Below, piece by piece: positions 9,635 through 19,713 of a stretch of DNA of 64,000 nt. Source of the DNA: Escherichia phage vB_EcoM_005; sequence record MK295203; one strand, given 5' to 3'. Below the pieces are notes generated by a model that was given only the letters and a program-made list of their open reading frames with translations, did not search any database and had not been told where the DNA came from. The position numbers and the translations under genes were made by a program. Position 1 is the stretch's first letter, and each line of letters starts with the position of its first letter.

Positions 9635-10390
9635 ATGAAATACATCACATACCTGACAATATATTCCGGGACTAAGCTTCCACCGTTTTATATAGGGTCT
9701 ACCACTTTGGAGAAGCATTTAAAAGGATACCACGGGAGTGTCCTTTCTAAAGCATATAAAGAAATCTATAAAAATGAGCTTTTAGAGCACCCAGAATTAT
9801 TTGACTCATGTATTGTAAGTGAACACCCTACAAGAGAAGAGGCTTTAGAAGCTGAAAGAATGTACCAGTTAAGAACCGATGCGGCCCAAAATCCTCTATT
9901 CTTTAATAGGGCTGTCGCAGCTCCTAAAGGATTCTTTGGGCTTTCGCTACCTAAAGAGCAACACCCTCTTTACGGCTCTCATAATGCTAAAGGGTATATT
10001 CATTCCTATAATCCTGTTACATTGGAACAAACCTTTGCACCTACAGTCCCCGAAGGATATGTAGAAGGTCGTTCACCTAATTATAAAGCATCTAGTCATA
10101 ATAAGGGCAGGAAGTGGTATAACAATGGTGTTGACAAAGGATTATTTGTAGAAGGAAAACAACCCGAATCTTGGGTTCTTGGTGGTTTTCTAACCGATGA
10201 GCATAAGAAAAACTTGAAAAGAACTGATGGGATATATGACGGCAATTATCACAATTTAGTTTATAAAATTTTTAAGCCTACCGTTACAATTGTTAGACCT
10301 AAGAAAATCTGGGTTAATGACGGCATAAAAAGCTTTATGATTTCTGAGATAGAATTTAATAGTGAAATACATTATAAAGGTAGATTATGA
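9635..10390 (+). CDS. GIY-YIG homing endonuclease
   Basis: N-terminal YITYLTIYSGTKLPPFYIGST motif; NUMOD-like H/S-rich linker repeats; sits where T4 has alpha-gt. Confidence 0.6.
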   Translation: MKYITYLTIYSGTKLPPFYIGSTTLEKHLKGYHGSVLSKAYKEIYKNELLEHPELFDSCIVSEHPTREEALEAERMYQLRTDAAQNPLFFNRAVAAPKGFFGLSLPKEQHPLYGSHNAKGYIHSYNPVTLEQTFAPTVPEGYVEGRSPNYKASSHNKGRKWYNNGVDKGLFVEGKQPESWVLGGFLTDEHKKNLKRTDGIYDGNYHNLVYKIFKPTVTIVRPKKIWVNDGIKSFMISEIEFNSEIHYKGRL

Positions 10391-11409
10391 AAATTTTGAA
10401 TATAGGCGATTTGCATATCGGAGTAAAAGCCGACGACCCCTGGATTCAAGAAATCCAGCTTAACGGTATTAAACAGGCGGTAGAATATTCTAAAGCAAAC
10501 AATATTGATACGTGGATTCAATATGGTGATTGGTTCGATGTACGCAAGGCTATCACCCATAAATGTATGGAATTTAATCGTGGTCTAGTGGAAATTATCA
10601 GTGATGCAGGTATTAAAGTCCACGTTATAATTGGCAACCACGATGCAACGTTTAAAAATAGCATAACTCCTAATGCGGTTTCTGAACTTCTTACTCAGTA
10701 TGAAAATTTTACTATTTACGAGAAACCTACTACGGTTAACTTTGATGGCACTGAAATTGATTTGATTCCATGGATGTGTGAAGAAAACACGACTGATATC
10801 ATGGACCATATCAAAAATACTACTGCAGATTTCTGTATAGGTCACTGGGAATTAAATGGTTTCTATTTCTATAAAGGAATGAAATCTCACGGTTTAGAAC
10901 CTGATTTCCTTAAGAAGTATAAGCAAGTATGGTCTGGCCACTTCCACACCATTTCCGATGCAGCAAACGTTAAGTATATTGGTACGCCATGGACCCTGAC
11001 TGCAGGTGATGAAAATGACCCTCGCGGCTTCTGGATTTTCGATACAGAAACTCATAAGATGGATTTTGTCATCAATGAAACCTGTTGGCACCGTAAGATT
11101 CATTATCCTAACGCGACTATCGATTACAAAGATTTTACAAATATCGCAGTTCGTGTTATAGTCGATAAAATCGATGACGGGCTTACTAAGTTCGAATCTG
11201 AACTTGAAAAGGTTGTCCACTCTTTACGTATTGTGTCTAAGGTAGATAACAGTGTTGATATCGATGATTCTGAAGAGGAAGATGAAGTCAAGTCCCTCTT
11301 GGACATGATGTATGATTATATCGATGCCCTTCCTGACGGCCACACTGAAGACGATGTTAAAGCCCTTAAGACTATGGCTGCACAACTTTATAATGAGGTT
11401 ACACGATGA
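10387..11409 (+). CDS. 47: recombination nuclease subunit gp47 (Mre11-like)
   Basis: 340 aa; phosphoesterase motifs DLHIG, GNHD, GHWE, GHFH; synteny with 46. Confidence 0.9.
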   Translation: MKILNIGDLHIGVKADDPWIQEIQLNGIKQAVEYSKANNIDTWIQYGDWFDVRKAITHKCMEFNRGLVEIISDAGIKVHVIIGNHDATFKNSITPNAVSELLTQYENFTIYEKPTTVNFDGTEIDLIPWMCEENTTDIMDHIKNTTADFCIGHWELNGFYFYKGMKSHGLEPDFLKKYKQVWSGHFHTISDAANVKYIGTPWTLTAGDENDPRGFWIFDTETHKMDFVINETCWHRKIHYPNATIDYKDFTNIAVRVIVDKIDDGLTKFESELEKVVHSLRIVSKVDNSVDIDDSEEEDEVKSLLDMMYDYIDALPDGHTEDDVKALKTMAAQLYNEVTR

Positions 11410-11669
11410 CTTTAGACGAATTCAAAAAATCAGGCCTCGAACTAGAACACGACTGTATCGTTATTGATGACGATGGACAGCCTAGTACAATCAAGTTCTG
11501 GTTCGAGGCCGTGAGCACCCGTGATACCAACGAGCTTATTAAAGTCTATGTTGCCACCGATTGGGCTGTGGAATTTAGCTTTAATGTAATGGTAGATGAT
11601 ACTCCAGAAACATTAATCCATATGGCTGAATCATGCATCAAGGATGCTTATAACGATGAAGACTTTTAA
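11406..11669 (+). CDS. hypothetical acidic protein
   Basis: 87-aa ORF between 47 and 46. Confidence 0.4.
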   Translation: MTLDEFKKSGLELEHDCIVIDDDGQPSTIKFWFEAVSTRDTNELIKVYVATDWAVEFSFNVMVDDTPETLIHMAESCIKDAYNDEDF

Positions 11670-13140
11670 GTTAAAGAAAGTAACGTATAAAAATATTATG
11701 TCGGTAGGCCAGCAACCTATTACAATCCAACTTGATAAGGTCCAAAAGACCTTAGTCACCGGTAAAAATGGCGCTGGGAAATCTACGTTCCTTGAAGCCG
11801 TTACATTTGCTCTGTTCGGTAAGCCTTTTCGTGATGTTAAGAAAGGGCAATTAATTAACTCAAGTAATAAGAAAGACCTTTTGGTCGAACTGTGGATGGA
11901 ATATGATGGCAAAGAATACTACATCAAACGTGGGCAAAAACCCAACGTTTTTGAAATCTCTTGTGACGGTGAACGTCTTGATGAATCTGCCAGCAGTAAA
12001 GACTTCCAAGCGGAATTTGAACAGCTTATCGGAATGTCCTACACAAGCTTCAAACAGATTGTCGTACTTGGTACAGCAGGGTATACCCCTTTCATGGGTT
12101 TGTCGACCCCTGCGCGAAGAAAGCTCGTCGAAGACCTCTTAGAGGTTTCTGTATTAGCGGATATGGATAAGCTGAACAAATCTTTGATTCGTGAGACTAA
12201 TAGCCAAATCCAAGTAATCGACGTTAAACAGGATTCTATTACCCAGCAAATTAAAATTTATAATGACAACGAAGAACGTCAGCGTAAATTATCCGGGGTC
12301 ATCGTCGATGATGACCCTAGCGACTCTATGAGTGACCTGAGTAATAAAGGATTTGCAATCAAGAATGATATGGCAACCTTTACTAAGGTCGTGAAATTAT
12401 ACGAAACCGGCGGTAGTTGTCCTACATGTATGCAAGGATTGGAAGAGCACGGAAATATCCTTACTAAAATTAAGGATAAGAATTTTGAGCTTCAAAAATC
12501 TTTGGATAAGATTAATGAGCAGTACCAAGAACTCAAGCTCATTAAGGACCAAGTAACCGAACAACGTAATAAAGCGTTGGCTATTAAATCTCAGATAGCT
12601 ACTCATAAGCAACAAGCCATTACTGCCGTAGAGAAAGCTAAAAAAGTTAAAGTATTAATCGACCAAGCAGCTGCTGAGTTCGTAAGTAATGCCGAAGAGA
12701 TTGCCGCGCTTCAAGCAGAGCTTGATAAAATCGTCTCTACCAAATCGTCCTTAGTAATGGAAAAATATCATCGTATTATGGAAGCCGACTACGTCTTTAC
12801 ACTGGACGAAGAGTTCAATGAGACGATTAAATCACGTGGACGTGAAGACTTTAGTTATGCTTCATTTTCACAGGGTGAGAAAGCACGTATTGATATCGCA
12901 CTACTTTTTACATGGCGTGATATTGCTTCTAAGGTATCAGGTGTTAATATCAGCACGTTAATTCTTGATGAGGTATTTGACAGTGCTACTGACGCTGAAG
13001 GCGTTAAGACCATTGCAACCATCTTGAATAGCCTTGAGGATACGAACGTGTTCATTATTTCTCACCGAGACCATGACCCACAAGCTTATGGCCAGCATCT
13101 TCAAATGAAGAAAGTTGGACGATTCACGGTGATGGAATGA
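11656..13140 (+). CDS. 46: recombination ATPase gp46 (Rad50-like)
   Basis: Walker A GKNGAGKST, signature SFSQGEKARI, Walker B TLILDEVFD, H-loop FIISHRDH; coiled-coil middle. Confidence 0.9.
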   Translation: MKTFKLKKVTYKNIMSVGQQPITIQLDKVQKTLVTGKNGAGKSTFLEAVTFALFGKPFRDVKKGQLINSSNKKDLLVELWMEYDGKEYYIKRGQKPNVFEISCDGERLDESASSKDFQAEFEQLIGMSYTSFKQIVVLGTAGYTPFMGLSTPARRKLVEDLLEVSVLADMDKLNKSLIRETNSQIQVIDVKQDSITQQIKIYNDNEERQRKLSGVIVDDDPSDSMSDLSNKGFAIKNDMATFTKVVKLYETGGSCPTCMQGLEEHGNILTKIKDKNFELQKSLDKINEQYQELKLIKDQVTEQRNKALAIKSQIATHKQQAITAVEKAKKVKVLIDQAAAEFVSNAEEIAALQAELDKIVSTKSSLVMEKYHRIMEADYVFTLDEEFNETIKSRGREDFSYASFSQGEKARIDIALLFTWRDIASKVSGVNISTLILDEVFDSATDAEGVKTIATILNSLEDTNVFIISHRDHDPQAYGQHLQMKKVGRFTVME

Positions 13141-13328
13141 GTGATTTTATAACAGGCCAGCATCTGTTGGCCGTTCCTGAACTAAAGCGGTATGTTTTAG
13201 TTAATAACTTCTCTGGAGACGAACATCTTGTTACTGAAGATTATCTCCGAAATGCTTTTAAGTCAGAGTATGATAGAATCATGTCGAACAGGAACCCTGC
13301 CTGGTTCGTTTATGAATACTTTGATTAA
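13137..13328 (+). CDS. hypothetical protein
   Basis: 63-aa ORF, ATGA overlap with 46. Confidence 0.4.
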   Translation: MSDFITGQHLLAVPELKRYVLVNNFSGDEHLVTEDYLRNAFKSEYDRIMSNRNPAWFVYEYFD

Positions 13329-13336
13329 ACGTTAAG

Positions 13337-13360
13337 TGCTTTAAAATATTGATTTATAAT
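13337..13360 (+). promoter_or_regulatory. middle promoter (MotA box plus -10)
   Basis: TGCTTTA at 13337-13343 about 18 nt upstream of TATAAT 13355-13360. Confidence 0.45.
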
Positions 13361-13390
13361 ACATCTACCAACCAAATGAGAGAAAATATT

Positions 13391-13804
13391 ATGTTTGCCA
13401 ACGCTATTACTGTTAAAGATATCCAAGTTAAAACCATTCGTACTGATTCCAACCCACATAATCAAAACCGTATCCGTAAATCATGGGTACTGAATATTGA
13501 TACCAACTCTGCACGTCGCCTGCAATCTCTTCCACAAGAAACTAAGTTCATGCTCTACGGTATCATTGATAACGACGTATCCGATAAGTGGGTAGAAATT
13601 ATGCGTCGCCACTATAATGATTCACTGGCCGCAGGTGCTAAACTGGTTATCGACCGTGATGGTTCTGAACGTCTCGAAGATGATTATTGCGTAGATTTTG
13701 ACGAACAACTGCTTGAAGCTGGTGCTATTGTTGCTTCCCAGATTCCAGAGTATATTGAATCTCTGCCTGAATCCATTCGTAAACAAATGATCGTTATTGC
13801 TTAA
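13391..13804 (+). CDS. hypothetical protein at the T4 rpbA position (RpbA-like by synteny only)
   Basis: 137-aa ORF between 46 and 45 downstream of a middle promoter; no sequence-level confirmation. Confidence 0.4.
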   Translation: MFANAITVKDIQVKTIRTDSNPHNQNRIRKSWVLNIDTNSARRLQSLPQETKFMLYGIIDNDVSDKWVEIMRRHYNDSLAAGAKLVIDRDGSERLEDDYCVDFDEQLLEAGAIVASQIPEYIESLPESIRKQMIVIA

Positions 13805-13832
13805 TTAATTTTTGACTTGATAAGGAAACATT

Positions 13833-14531
13833 ATGAAATTCTCTAAAGAAACTCTGAACATTCTGAAAAACTTCTCCGGTATTAACCCAGGTATCATGCT
13901 TAAACCTGGTAACACTATTCTAACTCGTTCAGTAACGGGTGCAAGTTATGGTGAAGCTACTGTAAATGACACCTTTGATATCGAAGCCGCAATTTATGAT
14001 TTGAACGGCTTCTTAAGTATTCTGTCATTGGTATCTGATAGTGCTGAAGTTTCGGTAAGTGAAGACCAAACCACTTTAATTATTAAAGACCAACGTTCAA
14101 CTATTAAGTGGCCTATTGCCGACCCAAGCACAATTGCATTCCCAAGCAAAGCTATTCCGTTCCCAGTGGCTGAAGTTATTTTTGACCTTAAAGCTGAAGA
14201 TTATCAACAGTTGATGCGGGTGTCCTCTGGACTGAGTATTGATACATTTGCTATTACTGTAGACAATGGTAAAATTGTAATCAATGGTTACAAACAAGTT
14301 GATGATAAGGACCTGGCACGCCCATTGTATTCCTTAGTGGTTGCAGACCATGATGGCCCTGAATTCAAATTCATTATTAACAAAACTAATATGAAAATGA
14401 TGCCGGCCGATTACCATGTTCTGTTATGGGCACGCGGTGAAGGTCAGGACGCTCGTTTCGCTGCTAAGTTTGAAGGTTCACAAGCTTCTTACGTATTAGC
14501 TATGGAAGCAGGCTCAAGCCACTCGTTCTAA
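13833..14531 (+). CDS. 45: sliding clamp gp45
   Basis: 232 aa; near-colinear with my recollection of T4 gp45 (SGINPGIML, AAIYDLNGFL, NKTNMKMMPADY, LLWARGEG). Confidence 0.92.
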   Translation: MKFSKETLNILKNFSGINPGIMLKPGNTILTRSVTGASYGEATVNDTFDIEAAIYDLNGFLSILSLVSDSAEVSVSEDQTTLIIKDQRSTIKWPIADPSTIAFPSKAIPFPVAEVIFDLKAEDYQQLMRVSSGLSIDTFAITVDNGKIVINGYKQVDDKDLARPLYSLVVADHDGPEFKFIINKTNMKMMPADYHVLLWARGEGQDARFAAKFEGSQASYVLAMEAGSSHSF

Positions 14532-14995
14532 TGTATATATGTTATCATAATACGATAACCAACACTAAAACCAAGTGTGTCTATCATTATTTTGGTAGAC
14601 ACCGTGTTACTGCTGAAGAATACTACGGTACAGGTAAGTTTGTTAAGAAATGCAAACGAGAAAATGCTATTACTCCAGGTCTTTGGGAGTTTTGTGTTGA
14701 AGTTATCCATACAGTGGATACGTTTAAAGAAGCCAAGATTATTGAAGAAGAGCTTGTTAAAGAAGGCATATCAAAATATGGTATCCTTTGTGTTAATAAG
14801 AATCCTGGTGGTGATGGCGGTGTGGATTACCACACCGAAGAATCTAAACGTAAAATGTCAGAAACTAGAACAGGAAAATCAAGAATATTTTCCGAAAGTC
14901 ATAAAGAAAATTTAAGTAAACGAGCCAGAAAATACTCTGATGTTTGGTCCGAACCTGTATATTCAAATCTTAAAACCATTTGGCTGGAAACAGGT
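14531..14995 (+). CDS. degenerate GIY-YIG/NUMOD endonuclease-like module, in frame with gene 44
   Basis: 155 codons with no stop before the gp44 Met; VYHYFG...YYGTGK (GIY-YIG-like) and HTEESKRKMSE / SESHKENLSK (NUMOD3-like); start overlaps gene 45 stop (TAATG). Confidence 0.45.
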
Positions 14996-15967
14996 ATGTT
15001 ATTAAATGGTTTAACTATTAATGAAAACGACTTCATGTGGGAACAGAAATATCGTCCAGGTACTTTATCTGAGTGTATTCTGCCTGCGCATGATAAAGAA
15101 ACCCTCCAAGCCATTGTTAATAAGGGCCTAATCCCTAACATTATCCTAGTCTCTGCTTCACCAGGCACAGGTAAAACTACCGTAGCTAAAGCATTGTGTG
15201 CTGATACAAATTCAGATATGCTGTTTGTTAACGGTTCTGACTGCCGTATTGATTTCGTTCGTAACGAACTTACTCGTTTTGCATCTTCTAAATCTATCGA
15301 AGGTAAGCGTAAGGTAATTGTTATCGACGAATTCGACCGCGCTGGTGTTGCTGAAGCTCAACGTCACCTTCGTTCGTTCTTAGAAGCCTATTCCTCAAAC
15401 TGTTCTGTAATTATTACAGCAAACAATATTGATGGTATTATCGGTCCACTTCAATCCCGTTGTCGTGTTATTAAATTTGGTGAAGCCACTCCAGCCGACC
15501 AAACATCCATGATGAAAGAAATGATTCATCGTGCTGTAGCAATCTGTAAAAACGAAAATATCGAAGTCGAAGACCTTAAAGTTATTGCCGCTTTAGTTAA
15601 ACAAAACTTTCCTGACTTCCGTAAAACAGTTAACCAACTGGACCGTTACTCATCCAGTGGTAAAATCGATACAGGCATTTTGAGTATTGTAATGAATACC
15701 AATTCGCCTATCGATGAAGTAGTGGCTGCACTTAAAGATAAAAACTTTAAAGAACTCCGTGCATTAGCTCCACGCCATGTCAATGACTATTCCAACTTTA
15801 TTATGTCACTGGCTAACGAACTCTATGGTAAATTGCCTGGACCAAGCATTGTTAGAATGTATGAAATTGTCGGTGAAAATAACCAATACCACGGTATTGC
15901 GGCTAACCCAGAAATTCACATGACTTATCTGTTCATCCAACTTGCTCTGGAGCTCCAATGGCTATAA
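14996..15967 (+). CDS. 44: clamp-loader large subunit gp44
   Basis: AAA+ Walker A SPGTGKTT, Walker B VIVIDEFD, sensor IITANN; high identity to my recollection of T4 gp44 from MLLNG..EQKYRPG onward. Confidence 0.9.
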   Translation: MLLNGLTINENDFMWEQKYRPGTLSECILPAHDKETLQAIVNKGLIPNIILVSASPGTGKTTVAKALCADTNSDMLFVNGSDCRIDFVRNELTRFASSKSIEGKRKVIVIDEFDRAGVAEAQRHLRSFLEAYSSNCSVIITANNIDGIIGPLQSRCRVIKFGEATPADQTSMMKEMIHRAVAICKNENIEVEDLKVIAALVKQNFPDFRKTVNQLDRYSSSGKIDTGILSIVMNTNSPIDEVVAALKDKNFKELRALAPRHVNDYSNFIMSLANELYGKLPGPSIVRMYEIVGENNQYHGIAANPEIHMTYLFIQLALELQWL

Positions 15968-16530
15968 GTCTTTTTGATGATGACGTTGAACTGAACGAAC
16001 ATGAAGTTGCTTGGAAACAACGTAACGATGCTGCTATTCAAGCCTTGGCCGATTCATTTAAAGAAAAGGCTGAAAACGAATTGTTTGCCATTATGAACGA
16101 TATCACATATGGTAAGAACCAACGTAACTTGGCTCAGTCGGAAAACTACAATCAATTTTGGCTCGATAATAGTTTGAGCCAACATGTGGATTGCATTATG
16201 CAGGCTGCAATGGTTAACTGTTTGAAACTTGATGACCAAAGTCATTTCAACTATCTTTTACATGCCGTTCCTAAGGGTAAGAGATTTGGTAAATGGGCTA
16301 AGGCCCATGATGATGAAGTTAGTGTAGTTTTTATTACTCGTTTATTGATGAAATACCATTCAATTAATAATGATGACGCTTATCGTTATCTCGAGACTTA
16401 TAAAATTAAAGGCCATCTTCCGGCAGTGCTTAAGAAGATGAAAGGGTTGGTTACTGACGAATTCCTGAAATCCGTAACCAAAAATGTTAAAGAACAAAAA
16501 GACTTGAAAAAGAAAGCATTGGAATGGTAA
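15958..16530 (+). CDS. 62: clamp-loader small subunit gp62
   Basis: 190 aa between 44 and regA; start overlaps 44 stop. Confidence 0.85.
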   Translation: MAISLFDDDVELNEHEVAWKQRNDAAIQALADSFKEKAENELFAIMNDITYGKNQRNLAQSENYNQFWLDNSLSQHVDCIMQAAMVNCLKLDDQSHFNYLLHAVPKGKRFGKWAKAHDDEVSVVFITRLLMKYHSINNDDAYRYLETYKIKGHLPAVLKKMKGLVTDEFLKSVTKNVKEQKDLKKKALEW

Positions 16531-16536
16531 ATTAAA

Positions 16537-16899
16537 ATGATTGAAATTACTCTGAAACAACCTGAAGACTTCTTGAAAGTGAAAGAGACCCTAACTCGTA
16601 TGGGTATCGCTAATAATAAAGAAAAGAAACTATATCAATCCTGCCACATTCTGCAAAAGCAAGGGCTATATTATATCGTCCACTTTAAAGAGATGTTGCG
16701 TATGGACGGCCGTCAAGTTGATATCGATGGTGAAGACTACCAACGTCGTGATTCAATTGCCCAGCTTCTTAAGGAGTGGGGACTGATTGATATTGTAGAT
16801 GAATCTGAACTGTTCGAAATCACCAATAACTTCCGTGTCATTTCCTTTAAGCAGAAAAATGACTGGGAACTACTGTCTAAGTACACCATTGGTAATTAA
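16537..16899 (+). CDS. regA: translational repressor RegA
   Basis: 120 aa; MIEITLK.PEDFLKVKETLTRMGIANNK...FRVISFKQK matches my recollection of T4 RegA. Confidence 0.92.
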   Translation: MIEITLKQPEDFLKVKETLTRMGIANNKEKKLYQSCHILQKQGLYYIVHFKEMLRMDGRQVDIDGEDYQRRDSIAQLLKEWGLIDIVDESELFEITNNFRVISFKQKNDWELLSKYTIGN

Positions 16900-17022
16900 T
16901 ATGATTCTTGAAATTTATAAGTTACTACATCCGGGACAGCAAGTCTTCCAGGCTATGATTAGAACTAAAGACGAATATGGCAATCCGTCTATTAAACGTT
17001 TTACAATAGAAATTTAAGCAAA

Positions 17023-17040
17023 GGGACTTCGGTCCCTTTT
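17023..17040 (+). terminator. rho-independent terminator
   Basis: GGGAC-TTCG-GTCCC hairpin followed by TTTT. Confidence 0.5.
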
Positions 17041-17098
17041 GGAGTATAATGATTCATCAACAAACAAAAGACAATCACTCGTCTATAAAGGAAATGAA

Positions 17099-19711
17099 AT
17101 GCAAGAATTCTATTTGACAGTCGAACAAATCGGTGATAATATTCTCGAACGTTACATCGATAAAAATGGTAACGAACGTAGTCGTGAAGTTCCTTACAAG
17201 CCTACAATGTTTATGCATGCTAATCCAGAGCAAGCCGTAAAATACATTGATATCTATGGTAAGGGTTGTGTTAAGAAAGAATTCGACTCTATGCGTGATG
17301 CATCCCAATGGATGAAACGTATGGACGATATGGGTCTCGAAGCCCTGGGTATGGACGACTATAAATTAGCCTATTTGTCTGATACCTATCGTAAAGAAAT
17401 CAAATACGATTCTTCTAAGATTCGTATTGCTAACTTCGACATCGAGGTAACATCTCCTGATGGATTCCCTGAACCAGCTCAGGCTAAACATCCTATCGAT
17501 GCCATTACCCACTACGACTCGATTGACGATAAATTCTATGTATTCGACCTTTTAGTTTCACCTTATGGTACCGTTGAAGAGTGGTCTATTAAAATCGCTG
17601 AGAAACTCCAAGAAGAAGGTGGTGACGAAGTTCCACAAGAAATCATTGACAAAATCGTTTATCTTCCGTTTAATTCCGAAGAAGAAATGATGCTTGAGTA
17701 TCTGAATTTCTGGCAGCAGAAAACTCCTGTTATTTTGACTGGTTGGAACGTTGAGTCGTTTGACGTACCATACGTTTATAACCGTCTGAAAAATCTGTTT
17801 GGTGAGAACACTGCTAAGCGATTAAGCCCACACCGTAAGACTCGTGTTAAAGTTATCGAGAACATGTATGGTGCTCGTGAAATTATTACACTGTTCGGTA
17901 TCTCTGTTCTGGATTATATCGACCTTTATAAAAAATTCAGCTTTACCAACCAGCCTTCTTATTCTTTGGATTATGTTTCTGAATATGAATTGAAAGTAGG
18001 TAAGTTGAAATATGATGGTCCAATCTCCAAGTTACGTGAGACGAACCACCAACGATATATTTCCTATAACATTATCGACGTATATCGTGTAGTGCAGATT
18101 GATATGAAACGCCAGTTCATTCTTCTGAGTTTGGACATGGGTTATTATGCTAAGATGCAGATTCAGTCGGTGTTCAGTCCAATTAAGACTTGGGACGCTA
18201 TTATCTTTAATAGCCTTAAAGAACAAGGCAAGGTCATTCCACAAGCTCGTTCACACGTGGTCCAACCTTATCCTGGTGCTTTCGTTAAGGAACCTATTCC
18301 TAACGCATACAAATATGTAATGAGTTTTGACCTTACATCTCTGTACCCGAGTATTATTCGACAAGTGAATATAAGCCCAGAGACCATCGCAGGCACATTC
18401 GCTAATGCACCGATACATGAATATATTGCCGGAACAGCTCCGCGTCCTAGCGACGTCTACAGTTGCTCTCCTAACGGCATGATGTACTATAAAGACCGTG
18501 ATGGTGTGATTCCTACAGAAATCACTAAGGTGTTCTTACAACGTAAAGAACATAAAGGTTATATGCTTGCAGCTCAACGTAATGGCGAGTTAATTAAAGA
18601 AGCATTAGAAAATCCTAATCTGTCAGTTGATAGTCCACTGGATATCGATTATCGTTTTGACTTCTCTGACGAAATCAAAGCCAAGATTAAAACGCTGTCA
18701 GCACCTTCTTTAAAAGAAATGTTGTTCAGAGCCGAACGTACTGAAGTCGCAGGTATGACTGCTCAGATTAACCGTAAGTTGCTTATCAACTCCCTTTATG
18801 GTGCACTTGGTAACGTATGGTTCCGTTACTATGACCTCAGGAACGCAACTGCAATCACACTGTTTGGTCAAATGGCCCTCCAATGGATTGAACGTAAGGT
18901 TAACGAATATCTGAACAGCGTGTGTAAGACTGAAAATCAGAAGTTCGTGCTCTATGGTGATACTGACTCCATTTATGTTAAGGCAGATGCAATCATCAAT
19001 AAAGTAGGCGAAGATAAATTCCGTGACACTAACCACTGGGTCGACTTCTTAGATAAATTTGCACGTGAACGTATGGAACCGGCTATTGATGCAGGCTTCC
19101 GTGAGATGTGCGAGTACATGAACAACAAACAACACTTGATGTTCATGGACCGAGAAGCTATCGCAGGTCCTCCACTTGGTTCTAAAGGTCTTGGTGGATT
19201 CTGGACAGGCAAGAAACGTTATGCACTTAACGTTTGGGACATGGAAGGCACTCGTTATGCCGAACCACACTTGAAAATCATGGGTCTCGAAACTCAGAAA
19301 TCAAGTACACCTAAAGCGGTTCAGAAAGCTCTGAAAGAATGTATCCGTCGTATGCTTCAGGAAGGCGAGGCATCTTTGCAAGAATATTTCAAACAGTTTA
19401 ATAAGGAATTTAACGAACTGGACTATGTAAGCATTGCAGCAGTATCCAGTGCTAACAACATCGAGAAATATAATGAAGGCGGATTGGTATATGTACTGCC
19501 ACTTAAAGAAGGCAACCCATTCGGTGAAGCCTGTATGGCATGGCCGTCAGGTATTGAACTTCCGATTCAGATTCGTGACCAAGTCCTCCGTTGGATGGAC
19601 TACAACGTACTGTTCCAAAAGACCTTTATCAAGCCTCTGACTGGTTTTACCGAGTCTGCTAAAATCGACTACGAGAAAAAAGCAACATTATTTGACATGT
19701 TTGACTTTTAA
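17099..19711 (+). CDS. 43: DNA polymerase gp43 (family B)
   Basis: 870 aa from MQEFYLTVEQIG; exonuclease FDIEV, pol motifs SLYPSII, NSLYG, YGDTDS; closest in my recollection to the RB69 polymerase. Confidence 0.95.
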   Translation: MQEFYLTVEQIGDNILERYIDKNGNERSREVPYKPTMFMHANPEQAVKYIDIYGKGCVKKEFDSMRDASQWMKRMDDMGLEALGMDDYKLAYLSDTYRKEIKYDSSKIRIANFDIEVTSPDGFPEPAQAKHPIDAITHYDSIDDKFYVFDLLVSPYGTVEEWSIKIAEKLQEEGGDEVPQEIIDKIVYLPFNSEEEMMLEYLNFWQQKTPVILTGWNVESFDVPYVYNRLKNLFGENTAKRLSPHRKTRVKVIENMYGAREIITLFGISVLDYIDLYKKFSFTNQPSYSLDYVSEYELKVGKLKYDGPISKLRETNHQRYISYNIIDVYRVVQIDMKRQFILLSLDMGYYAKMQIQSVFSPIKTWDAIIFNSLKEQGKVIPQARSHVVQPYPGAFVKEPIPNAYKYVMSFDLTSLYPSIIRQVNISPETIAGTFANAPIHEYIAGTAPRPSDVYSCSPNGMMYYKDRDGVIPTEITKVFLQRKEHKGYMLAAQRNGELIKEALENPNLSVDSPLDIDYRFDFSDEIKAKIKTLSAPSLKEMLFRAERTEVAGMTAQINRKLLINSLYGALGNVWFRYYDLRNATAITLFGQMALQWIERKVNEYLNSVCKTENQKFVLYGDTDSIYVKADAIINKVGEDKFRDTNHWVDFLDKFARERMEPAIDAGFREMCEYMNNKQHLMFMDREAIAGPPLGSKGLGGFWTGKKRYALNVWDMEGTRYAEPHLKIMGLETQKSSTPKAVQKALKECIRRMLQEGEASLQEYFKQFNKEFNELDYVSIAAVSSANNIEKYNEGGLVYVLPLKEGNPFGEACMAWPSGIELPIQIRDQVLRWMDYNVLFQKTFIKPLTGFTESAKIDYEKKATLFDMFDF

Positions 19712-19713
19712 GT

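Noticed and set aside
10894-11220. Minus-strand ORFs inside plus-strand genes (for example 1033-1383, 1790-2164, 6332-6721, 10894-11220, 23084-23518, 38345-38764, 47760-48156, 52015-52416)
   Set aside because: Each lies within a well-supported gene on the opposite strand and has no start context or recognisable motif; treated as chance ORFs in AT-rich DNA.
17039-17098. N-terminal extension of the polymerase ORF (track start 17039)
   Set aside because: The conserved gp43 N-terminus begins at the ATG at 17099, which has a purine-rich ribosome-binding site; the upstream 20 codons overlap the promoter/terminator region.
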